Assembly: GCA_048940925.1 (NCBI GenBank)
Contig: JBHLOC010000002.1
Coordinates: forward strand, 200,843-264,842
From: Promethearchaeota archaeon
GTDB taxonomy: Archaea; Asgardarchaeota; Lokiarchaeia; Sigyniarchaeales; SOKP01
DNA length: 64,000 bases
Direction: 5' to 3'
In this document: positions 30,298 through 39,961 of the stretch, piece after piece
Position numbering within the stretch: the stretch's first letter is position 1
Layout: the number at the start of each line of letters is the position of its first letter
Notes under the pieces: generated by a model
The model's database searches: none
Told to the model about the DNA's origin: nothing
Seen by the model: only the letters and a program-made list of their open reading frames with translations
Program-made: the position numbers and the translations under genes

Positions 30298-31518
30298 TTA
30301 TTTACCCCACATTCTAATCATTTCTCTTGAAATTAAATATCTCATAATTTCTGCGGATCCCGCGCTTATTTGTCCGATTTTTGCATCTCGATAAAATCTT
30401 TCTACAGGATACTCTTCGGAATATCCCAATCCTCCAATCACTTGTACAGCATTTTTAGTAATTTCAACAGCCATATCTGAGACTCGAGCTTTTACAGCAG
30501 CTACTGATGCTCTACAATATTTTCCATCATCCAACATTCTAGCTATTTGAGCTATCGCAATTCTATTTAACTCTAGATCCATAAACATATCACTAAGTTT
30601 AAAAGAAATCCCTTCAAAGGAATAAATTGGTTGACCAAATTGCTCACGTTGGTGTGCATATTTATAGGCAACCTCGAAGGCACTCCGTGCTAAACCAAGA
30701 TATTGAGAAGCAGTAAATGTTCGTTCACCATCGAGACCAAACAATAGCACTTCAAGTCCTTCATTTTCCTTATATAATAAATTTACTGCGGGGACTTTAC
30801 AATTGGTAAATCGAAGGTGAGAATTTGGCATTCCTCGACGCCCCATATAAGTATAATCCTTTACAACCTCAAATCCGGGAGTAGCTGTTTCAAAAATGAA
30901 AGCTGAAATTCCCTGGTGTCTTCTTACTTGGTCATTAGTTACTGCATATAAACAAATGTAATCTGCTACACTTCCATTAGTAATAAAACATTTTTCTCCA
31001 TTTAAAACGTAATAGTCTCCTTCTCGAACCGCTCTTAGATTCATTCCTCCTATAGCATCAGATCCTCCAGTTGGTTCTGTTATCCCTATCGCCCCTATTT
31101 TTGTTCCATCAGCAATTCCAGAAAGATACTTCTTTTTTTGCTCACGTGTTCCATATTCGATAATAGGTGCAGCAAACAAACAGGAAGATGCTCCAAATAT
31201 TGTTGCTATGGCATAACTATATGCAGTTATCTCCTCACCAAAAATAGTGCGATACAATACTCCCTTTCCTAAGCCTCCAGCCTCCTCAGGAATTACCATA
31301 GGTAAATAAGGTTTCATTTTTTTTAACGTCTCAACCGCTAATACTTTGTTTCTTTCTCGATCTATCTTTCTAGCCACAGGTTCAATATTATCTTTACACC
31401 AATTCCGCACTTCCATTCTAAAGTCGTTTTCCTCTTTACTATAATAATGTAATCTGTCAGACATGCATGAGTACCCATATTCAAAATCTAAATCTTCAAA
31501 ATTAATATGTCCTGCCAT
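30298..31518 (-). CDS. Acyl-CoA dehydrogenase
   Basis: ITEPTGGSD, LNGEKCFITNG, REQFGQPI, GGLGYSEEYPVERFYRDAK; start set at ATG 31518. Confidence 0.93.
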   Translation of the reverse strand: MAGHINFEDLDFEYGYSCMSDRLHYYSKEENDFRMEVRNWCKDNIEPVARKIDRERNKVLAVETLKKMKPYLPMVIPEEAGGLGKGVLYRTIFGEEITAYSYAIATIFGASSCLFAAPIIEYGTREQKKKYLSGIADGTKIGAIGITEPTGGSDAIGGMNLRAVREGDYYVLNGEKCFITNGSVADYICLYAVTNDQVRRHQGISAFIFETATPGFEVVKDYTYMGRRGMPNSHLRFTNCKVPAVNLLYKENEGLEVLLFGLDGERTFTASQYLGLARSAFEVAYKYAHQREQFGQPIYSFEGISFKLSDMFMDLELNRIAIAQIARMLDDGKYCRASVAAVKARVSDMAVEITKNAVQVIGGLGYSEEYPVERFYRDAKIGQISAGSAEIMRYLISREMIRMWGK

Positions 31519-31666
31519 TTTAATCATCTGATAATTTAATAAATCTTTAAACACTAAAATTAAATATTTATATTTAAGTTAATGTCTACGCTTTTAGCGT
31601 AATATGTAAAAGAATAAAAGCAATTCAAATTTACTAAAAACAATTATTTTAAACTTCAACTTTATC

Positions 31667-32599
31667 ATGGAATACACTATACTGGGACGCACGGGCTTGA
31701 AAGTAAGTGTTATGGGATTAGGATGTGGGGGACCCAGTGGTATTGGATTGCGTACTGGTAAAAGTCAAGAAGAATCTATTGAGATTGTTAAATATGCTGT
31801 TAATTCCGGTATAAATTTCATAGACACCGCAGAAGTATACAGAACTGAGAAAATTGTTGGAAAAGCAATTAAAGATTTTAATCGTGAATCTCTTATATTA
31901 TCAACTAAAAAATCAACCTGGAGTAATATTAAACCTAAAGATGTGATAAAAAGCATTGAAAGAAGCCTTAATAATCTTAATACTGATTATATTGATATTT
32001 ATCATCTACATGGTGTAATTTTAGAAGATTATGATTATCTGATCGCAGAAGTTGTCCCCACACTCCATGAGATGCACGATGAAGGCAAAATCCGTTTTAT
32101 AGGAATCACAGAACGATTCAATCCAGATCCTCAGCATAACTTGCTGCAACGTGCATTAGAAGATGATATCTGGGACGTTATGATGGTAGGTTTTAATATT
32201 TTAAATCAATCTGCGCGTGAACGTGTTTTTAAAAAAGCTTTAGAAAAGGATATTGGGATCTTAATAATGTTTGCTGTTCGACTTGCTCTAAGTAGACCTG
32301 AAAGACTTAAGCAATGTATCGACGAATTAATCAAAAATCAGCAAATTAATCCAGCAGATATTGATAAAACGAACCCTCTTGGATTTCTTATTCATAAGGG
32401 AGGCGCTAAAAGTTTGGTAGATGCTGCCTATCGATTCTGTCGGTCTGAAGAAGAACCTCATGTAATTCTTTCTGGTACTGGAAATCTTGAACATTTAAAA
32501 GAGAATTTTAAATCATTTTCAAGACCACCTCTTCCTCAAGAGGATATTATTAAGCTCAAAAAGATTTTTAGGAATGTTGATTCTATTTCAGGACAGTAA
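31667..32599 (+). CDS. Aldo/keto reductase
   Basis: LGRTGLKVS, IDTAEVY, STK, YIDIYHLH. Confidence 0.92.
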   Translation: MEYTILGRTGLKVSVMGLGCGGPSGIGLRTGKSQEESIEIVKYAVNSGINFIDTAEVYRTEKIVGKAIKDFNRESLILSTKKSTWSNIKPKDVIKSIERSLNNLNTDYIDIYHLHGVILEDYDYLIAEVVPTLHEMHDEGKIRFIGITERFNPDPQHNLLQRALEDDIWDVMMVGFNILNQSARERVFKKALEKDIGILIMFAVRLALSRPERLKQCIDELIKNQQINPADIDKTNPLGFLIHKGGAKSLVDAAYRFCRSEEEPHVILSGTGNLEHLKENFKSFSRPPLPQEDIIKLKKIFRNVDSISGQ

Positions 32600-32633
32600 A
32601 AAATTCAATAATTATTGTTAAGAGTGAATAAAA

Positions 32634-33521
32634 TTGATTTGGAAAACAAGAATAACCGAAATGGTAGATGGTCTTCAATACCCCATTATAATGGGAGCAT
32701 TTGCTATAATAGGAAGAGCTGAATTTACTGCTGCATTTTCAGAAGCAGGGGGTCTAGGTATTTTAACTGCCTTAAATTTTGGAACCTCTGAAACATTTCA
32801 AGAAGAAATTAATAAAATGAAACAATTAACAAATAAACCATATGGTGTTAATTTTACAGTATGGCCACCACAAGTGAAAAGTGCAACTGGTAGAGACAGA
32901 ACAGAAGAATCTTATTTTGATTTTTTAGATATTGCTCTTGATGCAGGTGTTAGAGTATTTACTACATCCGCTTATAAAGCAGCTGAACTCGGAAGGAAAA
33001 TACATAACGCAGGAGGTGTATGGTTTCATAAATGCGCAACAGTAAAACATGCAATATCTGCTGAAAAAGCAGGAGCTGATGGAGTGACGATAGTAGGTCT
33101 TGAAGGAACGGGTTTTAAAAACCCAAATCAAAATACTACACTTGTTAATATGACTATGGCAAGAAAATTGTTAAAGGTGCCACTTATAGCAGCTGGAGGG
33201 ATTGGTGATGCTAGAGGATTTCTCGCTGCATTAGCAATGGGTGCTGATGCAGTATGCTTTGGGAGTGCTATAATGGCAACGAAGGAAAGTCCTGCTCCAG
33301 ATGTATGGAAAAAGCAAGTTTTGAATCAAGATATATTTGATGAAAAATTTTACAAAAAGATTTTTCACCTTGAGCTAAGAGACTCTGGTATTGGTTCAAT
33401 GGCTGTTGGTCATATTAATGAAGAAACTACGATTGAAGAATTCATACAAAATATTATTATAAACGCAGAGAAAATTCTTAAAAATTGGGGAGTAAGAGAC
33501 GAAATATTCAATCATACCTAG
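32634..33521 (+). CDS. Nitronate monooxygenase / FabK-like flavoprotein
   Basis: SEAGGLG, PLIAAGGIGDARG, MGADAV. Confidence 0.85.
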   Translation: MIWKTRITEMVDGLQYPIIMGAFAIIGRAEFTAAFSEAGGLGILTALNFGTSETFQEEINKMKQLTNKPYGVNFTVWPPQVKSATGRDRTEESYFDFLDIALDAGVRVFTTSAYKAAELGRKIHNAGGVWFHKCATVKHAISAEKAGADGVTIVGLEGTGFKNPNQNTTLVNMTMARKLLKVPLIAAGGIGDARGFLAALAMGADAVCFGSAIMATKESPAPDVWKKQVLNQDIFDEKFYKKIFHLELRDSGIGSMAVGHINEETTIEEFIQNIIINAEKILKNWGVRDEIFNHT

Positions 33522-33549
33522 ATTTAATAGTAATAATATTTAAAGATAA

Positions 33550-33900
33550 AGAAGGGACGAGAAGGTGCAACAAATACCCAAGGGTGTTCATTGCGTGGTA
33601 TTGTTTTTCCTTACTTGGAGCAAGGAAGTCTCAACGTATTATTTCAAGCCACGTCGTGAAAAGAACCATAATTCATTGAATAAATTTTTATCCTATAAAA
33701 TATATTACCGTTAGATAATCTCACTAATCCTTGCGGATTAGCCGGATTGAACACCGAATATAAACCATAAGGCTTACATTTTAGTTCAGATTATGCTTTT
33801 ACACACAACCTCCTTTCATATCGTTTCTGATCAACCGATGGTTGTAATACATTGAGGTAAACATTACCTCTTCTCGACGTTCATACCGTAAGATATGAAC
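33550..33900 (-). ncRNA. Unidentified structured RNA region (possibly two transcripts)
   Basis: At least 8 hairpins, several completed by G-U pairs only on the minus strand; GCAA tetraloop; two TATA-like boxes upstream; no convincing ORF. Confidence 0.65.
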
Positions 33901-33920
33901 AATATATGATGTGAAGAAAA

Positions 33921-33935
33921 CCTATTTAAATAAAA
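33921..33935 (-). promoter_or_regulatory. TATA-like box for the structured RNA
   Basis: Minus TTTTATTTAAATAGG ~21-30 nt upstream of the first hairpin (33900); a similar TTTTATAGG at 33692-33700 precedes the second unit. Confidence 0.45.
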
Positions 33936-34223
33936 CTGTTAAGGGGTTATTATGACCTTTTTGTCGGTTTACAACTATTACAGAATTTTTTAGTCGGAAT
34001 CAAGTTTCATTTAAATATTTCATTCCATTTAAATCTAGATTTCATGTGAAAGGAAAAACGAAAAACGATAAAAAGTTAATTTTAGGATTGAATCTTGAAA
34101 AAAGCTTAAATTATTTCAGCGTTAAGGTTAAATTCGACAAAATTTATATATACAATTAAATAAGTTGTGATTATCAAGAGAAGTACAATAATAATAACAA
34201 TTTTGAAAAAAAAGGATTAAATT

Positions 34224-36071
34224 ATGATTACAGATCGAATTTTGTTAACAACTCCTTGTTACCCTTATCCTTCTTTACCTGCGAATGATTCACTTACAGA
34301 TGCGACTGGACAAAGATTTACTCATGGAGATGATATCTTTACACTTGTCTCGCACACTCATTGTTATGCAAATCACATTTTAGCGCAAAATGTTAATCTT
34401 CCAGCAACTTTACTTGAGTACCCGCGCTGGAATAATTTTGTTGAAGAAGTAGATAAAGAGTATGCCATTATTGGGATCAGTGCTTTTCCTGTACATCTTG
34501 ATATGGTTATGAAGATGTGTAAATATATTCGTGAAAAATCTCCCGAAACGAAAATTCTCCTTGGAAGCTATGGAGCTCAGGCTTTTGCGGCACAATATGA
34601 TGAAGAAACTAAAAAAAAATATGTAGATCATGTTGTTCTAGGCGAAGGTGTAAATTTTCTTCGTGAACTATTAAAAGAGGACACAAATCGTCCTATCCAG
34701 CAGAAATTAATGCCTAAGTGTGGTGGAGCGCCACCATTTCTTAATAAATATCCCCGAGGAGGTATTGGGTTTTTAGTTACAGGATTAGGATGTCCTGGAG
34801 GCTGCGATTTTTGTTCGACAACGGAAATGTTTGGAAAAAAAAGGATTGAACTACTCTCCCCAGAAGAGTTTGTTAACCATGTTGAACTTTATCGTAAACA
34901 CTTTAAACAACTTTCTTCAATTTTTGTAATCGAAGAAGATCATTTCCGTCATCCGCGGTGGATGGTAAAAACCAAGGAAAAATGGGAAAAAAATCTGGAT
35001 CTCGTGGAAAACGTTGACTGGACTGGTTTTGGTTCAGTAGATTTCATCTGGCATTTTGCTAGTAATTATGGATGGGATGCCATTCCTGAAACAGGAATAG
35101 GCGCGGTTTTCATTGGTGTAGAATCTAAATTCGCAGGAGAGCATGGCTACAGAAAAGTTAAAGAAGCTGATGCTAGAGAAGTTTTTCATAAACTTCATTC
35201 AATGGGCATTCGTACGCTTGGAGCATGGATATGCGGGTGGGATTATCATAACCATGCAAACATGTATGAGGATCTTAATTATTTTATTGCATGTAAGCCT
35301 ACTTATCAGCAATTAACACGTTTATCTCCATTTCCTGGGACTGAATTATGGCGTAAACTTAAGGAACAAGGAAGAGTTTGTGAAGTACCATGGGAAGATG
35401 TACATTTCTGGAGTGGAGCACAGAAAAACATATCTTTAGAAACTCATGAAACCTTGAATCTAACAGAATATGGATATGATTTGATGTACCGAACATGGGG
35501 TCCATCGATGCTTAGAAGGCTTGAGGTTACATTGAATGGGTATGAATATTGTATGAATTCTGATAATCCATTAATGCGGGAACATAGATCTCAATTATTC
35601 AAACGAGGTTCTGCAACATCTTGGAGTATGTTAGGTGCTATGGATCGTTTTGCTCCTAATGGTGTTGTGCGGAGGAGAGTTCAAAAAGCAGATGAAAGAT
35701 TTAGAGATCTTATTGGTGAACCTACTCCAATGATGGAGTTGATAAGTAAAAATGTTGAACAGAGTGCAGTGAAATTTAAAATGAAACACTTATTTGATCC
35801 GTTTGATCGAAAACCAAGAGAAGAACCCACTAAACGATATCTTTATAACAAAGATAAATCAATAAAAGATGATGATATCCCCTATATTACTGAGTATCCT
35901 AATAAGATTCCAAAAAAGGTTCGCAGGGATATGAAGAGAAATAATTTTAAATATAAGCTCATTAACAAATTCCTTAGCACTAAGTATAGAGTCAAATCCA
36001 CTAAACGTTTGAGTGAATTAGATGAAATTATTTTAAATAATATAAGAGGACAAAGCTATGGAGGTTTCTAA
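34224..36071 (+). CDS. B12-binding-domain radical SAM protein
   Basis: N-terminal cobalamin-binding-like domain (IIGISAF...ILLGSYG...GEG), CPGGCDFC, IGVES, PFPGTELW. Confidence 0.85.
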   Translation: MITDRILLTTPCYPYPSLPANDSLTDATGQRFTHGDDIFTLVSHTHCYANHILAQNVNLPATLLEYPRWNNFVEEVDKEYAIIGISAFPVHLDMVMKMCKYIREKSPETKILLGSYGAQAFAAQYDEETKKKYVDHVVLGEGVNFLRELLKEDTNRPIQQKLMPKCGGAPPFLNKYPRGGIGFLVTGLGCPGGCDFCSTTEMFGKKRIELLSPEEFVNHVELYRKHFKQLSSIFVIEEDHFRHPRWMVKTKEKWEKNLDLVENVDWTGFGSVDFIWHFASNYGWDAIPETGIGAVFIGVESKFAGEHGYRKVKEADAREVFHKLHSMGIRTLGAWICGWDYHNHANMYEDLNYFIACKPTYQQLTRLSPFPGTELWRKLKEQGRVCEVPWEDVHFWSGAQKNISLETHETLNLTEYGYDLMYRTWGPSMLRRLEVTLNGYEYCMNSDNPLMREHRSQLFKRGSATSWSMLGAMDRFAPNGVVRRRVQKADERFRDLIGEPTPMMELISKNVEQSAVKFKMKHLFDPFDRKPREEPTKRYLYNKDKSIKDDDIPYITEYPNKIPKKVRRDMKRNNFKYKLINKFLSTKYRVKSTKRLSELDEIILNNIRGQSYGGF

Positions 36072-36109
36072 CCTTTTCTAAATATTCTTAGGTATAGTTG
36101 GTGATTTAA

Positions 36110-37198
36110 ATAGTCAAAAAATCAAATTCTAAACCCATCCCAAGTAATACACCAGTTAAAAATGTTCCATCTGACTACTATCCAGAAGGATGTGGATTTT
36201 GGTATGAGCTATCAGATGGTATCGATGCAGGGAAAAAAATATTTTTCAGAGATAGCAATCATGGAATAGGCAACCCTAAGGAAATAATAGTTTTTGTTCA
36301 TGGAAATCCTGAATCTTCATATACTTTTAGAAAAGTTATTGATCATCTTATAAAAGCTGCTAAGAAACCTGTCAGAATCGTAGCGATGGATCATATTGGT
36401 TTTGGTTTGTCTGATCAAGCTTCATTTGAAATGGTTTGTATGGATCATGCTGATAATTTAACCCAACTTATAAAACATCTTGATTTGAAGAAGGTGACCC
36501 TGATAATACATGATTGGGGTGGCCCAATTGGTATTGGAGCGTTTTTAAGATTTCCTGATCGTATATCTAATCTTATTATTTTAAATAGCACAGTCTTTCC
36601 ATTTCCAAAATCAGGTATGACTTATGAAAATTACCCATTAAAACAGTTTTCATGGGCTAATACCCCAAATATTATTCCAAACAATTTATGGGGTGCCTTT
36701 ACTTCTTTTGCTATATTCTATAATCCTGAAGATCCACAAGAATTAATATCTGCTTTACCCAATTTGCTTGCAACATCAAGAGAAACGGGTAGTTTCTCAG
36801 AAAATGAAACCCCTACTCAGAAATTTTTTAGAGAGCAGTTCCAATCAGAAAAAAATGTAATGAGTTCAAAACGTTTAGTACTTCAAACACCAGTTTGGGG
36901 TCATGGAAATACATATAAAGACCCTGATCTTGGCGAAAGGGATACAACCGCCTTTTATCGTTTTATACAGGACAATATTAGTAATTATTGGAGTCCTAAT
37001 GGGCAAAATATTGGTGTTCGTGCTGTGTTAGGAAAATGGGATCCTTCAGCTAAAGATGAGGTTATACAACAATGGATTGAAAATCTTCCTCAGCTTGAGG
37101 ACCATGTTAAACTTTTTGAAAATGCAGGACACTTCATTGAAGAAATTGAACCAGAAGCTATTGCTAACACGATAATTGAAGTTGCTAGTTTAAAATAG
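36110..37198 (+). CDS. Alpha/beta hydrolase, haloalkane dehalogenase/OleB-like
   Basis: VFVHGNPESSYTFR (upstream of the tracked ATG 36386), DHIGFGLSD, HDWGG nucleophile, AGHFIEE; apparent ATA start after GGTGA. Confidence 0.85.
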   Translation: MVKKSNSKPIPSNTPVKNVPSDYYPEGCGFWYELSDGIDAGKKIFFRDSNHGIGNPKEIIVFVHGNPESSYTFRKVIDHLIKAAKKPVRIVAMDHIGFGLSDQASFEMVCMDHADNLTQLIKHLDLKKVTLIIHDWGGPIGIGAFLRFPDRISNLIILNSTVFPFPKSGMTYENYPLKQFSWANTPNIIPNNLWGAFTSFAIFYNPEDPQELISALPNLLATSRETGSFSENETPTQKFFREQFQSEKNVMSSKRLVLQTPVWGHGNTYKDPDLGERDTTAFYRFIQDNISNYWSPNGQNIGVRAVLGKWDPSAKDEVIQQWIENLPQLEDHVKLFENAGHFIEEIEPEAIANTIIEVASLK

Positions 37199-37235
37199 AA
37201 GATATTCTTATTTATTACACAATATAAAAGATGTC

Positions 37236-38732
37236 ATGGCTTTAAACCCTAAAAAAATCTATGAAGATTTAAAGAGGAAAGACATTAATAAATTAGCAGC
37301 TGTAGATTCATTAATTTTTCTAATAGGAAATAATGACAATATAGAAATTAGGCGAGCAAGTATTAAAATTCTGCAAAAAATTGGGATCAAAAATGAAAAA
37401 ATTTTTTCCCTTTTGGAAGATCTCTTAGTATCAGATCCTAATCAAGAGATAAAGGAGCAAGCTGCTGATTGCTTAAAAGTTCTATTCCAAGAGAGAGCTC
37501 TTTCTCCTTTAAAATGGACATTGGATCACGAATCATCATGGCAGTTTTTATTACTAATTGTTTCAATTATAAAGGAAATAAACAATCGAAAAGCTAAATC
37601 AATTTTTATTGAAAAGATTAAGAAATTTGATAATTATAAATTTATCAAGAGTCTTAGTCCTTTATTTAAAACTGAAGAAATTCAAAGTTTTAAAACTAGT
37701 GAACTAGTAGAAATTATTAACAACCATATTGTCATTAAATTTTTTGAAGATATATTAGAAAAGGTTAAATTTAAGATAGAAAAAGGAGTATTAATAGAGC
37801 TAGATTTATCATTTATTAGTAATAATAATTTTGGATGGAAAATTTTAAAAACTCTCTCAGAATCCATCAGAGTTATAAACAAACTTACGAAGTTAGAATT
37901 AAGAGGTAATAGACTTGGTAACCTTCCAAATTCTATTTTTTCTTTACCTTTCCTTAAATTTTTGGATATGAGCCATAATAATTTAGAAAAATTATCTGAT
38001 AGATTTGATGCCCTAAAATCCTTGGAGTACTTAAATCTAAGATATAACAATTTAACTGAGATTCCTAATTCGGTTGGGTCATTAGAAAACCTAAAAACTT
38101 TAGATCTGAAACATAACCGATTAACAACTCTTCCTATCTCATTTGGAGATCTAATCTCCCTCGAATCTTTAAATTTGCATGGTAATCAATTCACTACAAT
38201 ACCATCAATTATAGAGAAACTTACTTCACTTAAGAAATTAAAAGTAGGACTTAATCATTTGAAAAATGTTCCAGAATGGATAAAAAATCTAAGGTCTCTA
38301 AAGAAGTTAGGCTTAGGAGGGAATAAAGATTTATCAAAAGCAGAAGAATGGATTTGTTTTTTACCTTCGATATTGGAATTAAATCTCTATAACAATAACA
38401 TTAAAGCATTACCTGAGTCTATTGGGTCATTAGAATCTTTAGAAGTGTTAATTTTACACAATAATCACCTTACTACCCTACCCGAGTCGTTTGGAAAGCT
38501 TATTTCCCTTAAAAAACTTGATTTAAGTTGGAATAATATAACAAATCTTCCTGAATGGATTAGTTCGCTTTCTTCTTTAGAAGAACTAAACTTAAGGGGC
38601 AATAAATTATCAAACCTTCCTGAATCGATAACTTCTCTTCATTCTCTTAAAGTTTTAAACATAACCTTAAATAAGAATATCATACAACTGCCTAAGGAAT
38701 TAGAAAATAAAGCATTACATATTATGAAATAA
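37236..38732 (+). CDS. HEAT-repeat + leucine-rich-repeat protein
   Basis: About twelve 23-aa LxxLxLxxNxLxxLPxxI repeats; N-terminal HEAT-like LVSDPNQEIKEQAA. Confidence 0.92.
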   Translation: MALNPKKIYEDLKRKDINKLAAVDSLIFLIGNNDNIEIRRASIKILQKIGIKNEKIFSLLEDLLVSDPNQEIKEQAADCLKVLFQERALSPLKWTLDHESSWQFLLLIVSIIKEINNRKAKSIFIEKIKKFDNYKFIKSLSPLFKTEEIQSFKTSELVEIINNHIVIKFFEDILEKVKFKIEKGVLIELDLSFISNNNFGWKILKTLSESIRVINKLTKLELRGNRLGNLPNSIFSLPFLKFLDMSHNNLEKLSDRFDALKSLEYLNLRYNNLTEIPNSVGSLENLKTLDLKHNRLTTLPISFGDLISLESLNLHGNQFTTIPSIIEKLTSLKKLKVGLNHLKNVPEWIKNLRSLKKLGLGGNKDLSKAEEWICFLPSILELNLYNNNIKALPESIGSLESLEVLILHNNHLTTLPESFGKLISLKKLDLSWNNITNLPEWISSLSSLEELNLRGNKLSNLPESITSLHSLKVLNITLNKNIIQLPKELENKALHIMK

Positions 38733-38848
38733 CTAATCAAAAGCTTTATGATAATCACCATTTTTAAGCAAAAAATGAAATCAAAAAAAATTTTATATAC
38801 TACAAAATCTAATTAACAATAATATTATACATAAGAGTGTTATGAAAA

Positions 38849-39856
38849 ATGGCCACTAATTTTGTTGAAATACTTTCAAAAATCCCCCTAGCTGTTGATC
38901 CAGCAAAAATGACAAAATGGTATAATGAAGAATTAGGACCAGTATTTTATTTAATGTTTGGTATAACTTATGAATGTCAATGTAACTGCAGACATTGTTG
39001 TACTGGTAATTATATTAAAGAAAAGCATCGTGATCTTACAACAAAAGAGATAAAAAGTGTGCTAGATCAAGCTGCCAAACCTTTGATCGTAAATTTTTTC
39101 GGAGGTGAACCAACATTAAGACCAGATTTAATGGAATTAATTAATTATGCTGCAGAGAGATCAGTGTATGTTTTCACAGATACCAATGGTATTGTTGTAA
39201 CGAAGAATTATGCCCACCAATTGAAAGAAAATGGTCTAGCTTTACTTTATGTTAGTATCGACAGTCCAGTTCCAAAATTACATGATCAATACCGTGGATT
39301 TAAAGGATGCTTTGAAAAGGCTGTTGGTGCAATAAAAAATGCACTTGAGGTTGGATTAAAATGTGTAATTTCTACCTATATGACAAAAGAAAGTTTAGCC
39401 AATGGTGATTTTGAAAAAGTAATAAAAATGGCAAAAGACCTAGGTGCTCATGGAGTAAGATATTTATTACCGACACCTGCAGGTAAATGGTTACGCGAAA
39501 CCGAGGTACTACTTACTCCTGAAGAAGAAGAAAAAGTTTGGGCGCTCACAGATTTTCCTTATGTTTGTAGAGATTTTTATTTTCAGACCCAACTTTCAAG
39601 TCAATGTGCAGGAGTTGCAGGAAAAGCTTATATATATGTTTCACCTTATGGTGACGTCCAACCTTGCTGTTTTATGCCTCTTTCTTTTGGAAATATCAGA
39701 GAAGAACCTTTAAAAACAATTCTAGATAAAATGTTTGACCATCCGATGTATAGACACGAGTGTTTGTCAAAACAATGTCCAATGATAGATCTAAATTTTA
39801 GAACGAAATATATTGACACCATCCCCGATGATACAAAATTACCCTTCAGAATGTAA
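38849..39856 (+). CDS. Radical SAM / SPASM-Twitch protein
   Basis: CQCNCRHC, GGEPTLR, TNG, VSID, C..(VSPYGDVQPCC)..C. Confidence 0.88.
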   Translation: MATNFVEILSKIPLAVDPAKMTKWYNEELGPVFYLMFGITYECQCNCRHCCTGNYIKEKHRDLTTKEIKSVLDQAAKPLIVNFFGGEPTLRPDLMELINYAAERSVYVFTDTNGIVVTKNYAHQLKENGLALLYVSIDSPVPKLHDQYRGFKGCFEKAVGAIKNALEVGLKCVISTYMTKESLANGDFEKVIKMAKDLGAHGVRYLLPTPAGKWLRETEVLLTPEEEEKVWALTDFPYVCRDFYFQTQLSSQCAGVAGKAYIYVSPYGDVQPCCFMPLSFGNIREEPLKTILDKMFDHPMYRHECLSKQCPMIDLNFRTKYIDTIPDDTKLPFRM

Positions 39857-39961
39857 TCTTCTTTTTATTTTGCCTATTTATAGTTTTATGTATTTATAAT
39901 TTTAGAGAAAGATATATAAATCTCTTTAGCATACATAATTATAAATTATAAATTTGAAATA

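Noticed and set aside
31587-31601. TACGCT-TTT-AGCGTA palindrome between divergent genes (also ACGAT-GCAA-ATCGT at 21251-21264)
   Set aside because: Single short occurrences with no regulator nearby; cannot be supported as operators
33551-33600. Cobalamin riboswitch-like AAGGGA..GGTGCAA upstream of the B12 radical SAM gene
   Set aside because: No GCAACTGT or B12-box elements, and it is ~600 nt from the gene
33485-33679. 64-aa ORF in track
   Set aside because: Overlaps the upstream gene end and the hairpin region; no protein features
33615-33780. RNase P RNA-like words on + strand (AAGGAAGTCTC; AAACCATAAGGCTTA)
   Set aside because: P4 pairing fails after ~5 bp, there is no P1, and wobble pairs favour the minus strand
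33961-33978. 16/18 match to 22127-22144 (TTGTCnnTTTACAACTAT)
   Set aside because: Plausible by chance in an AT-rich 64 kb; no partner arm for a hairpin at this copy
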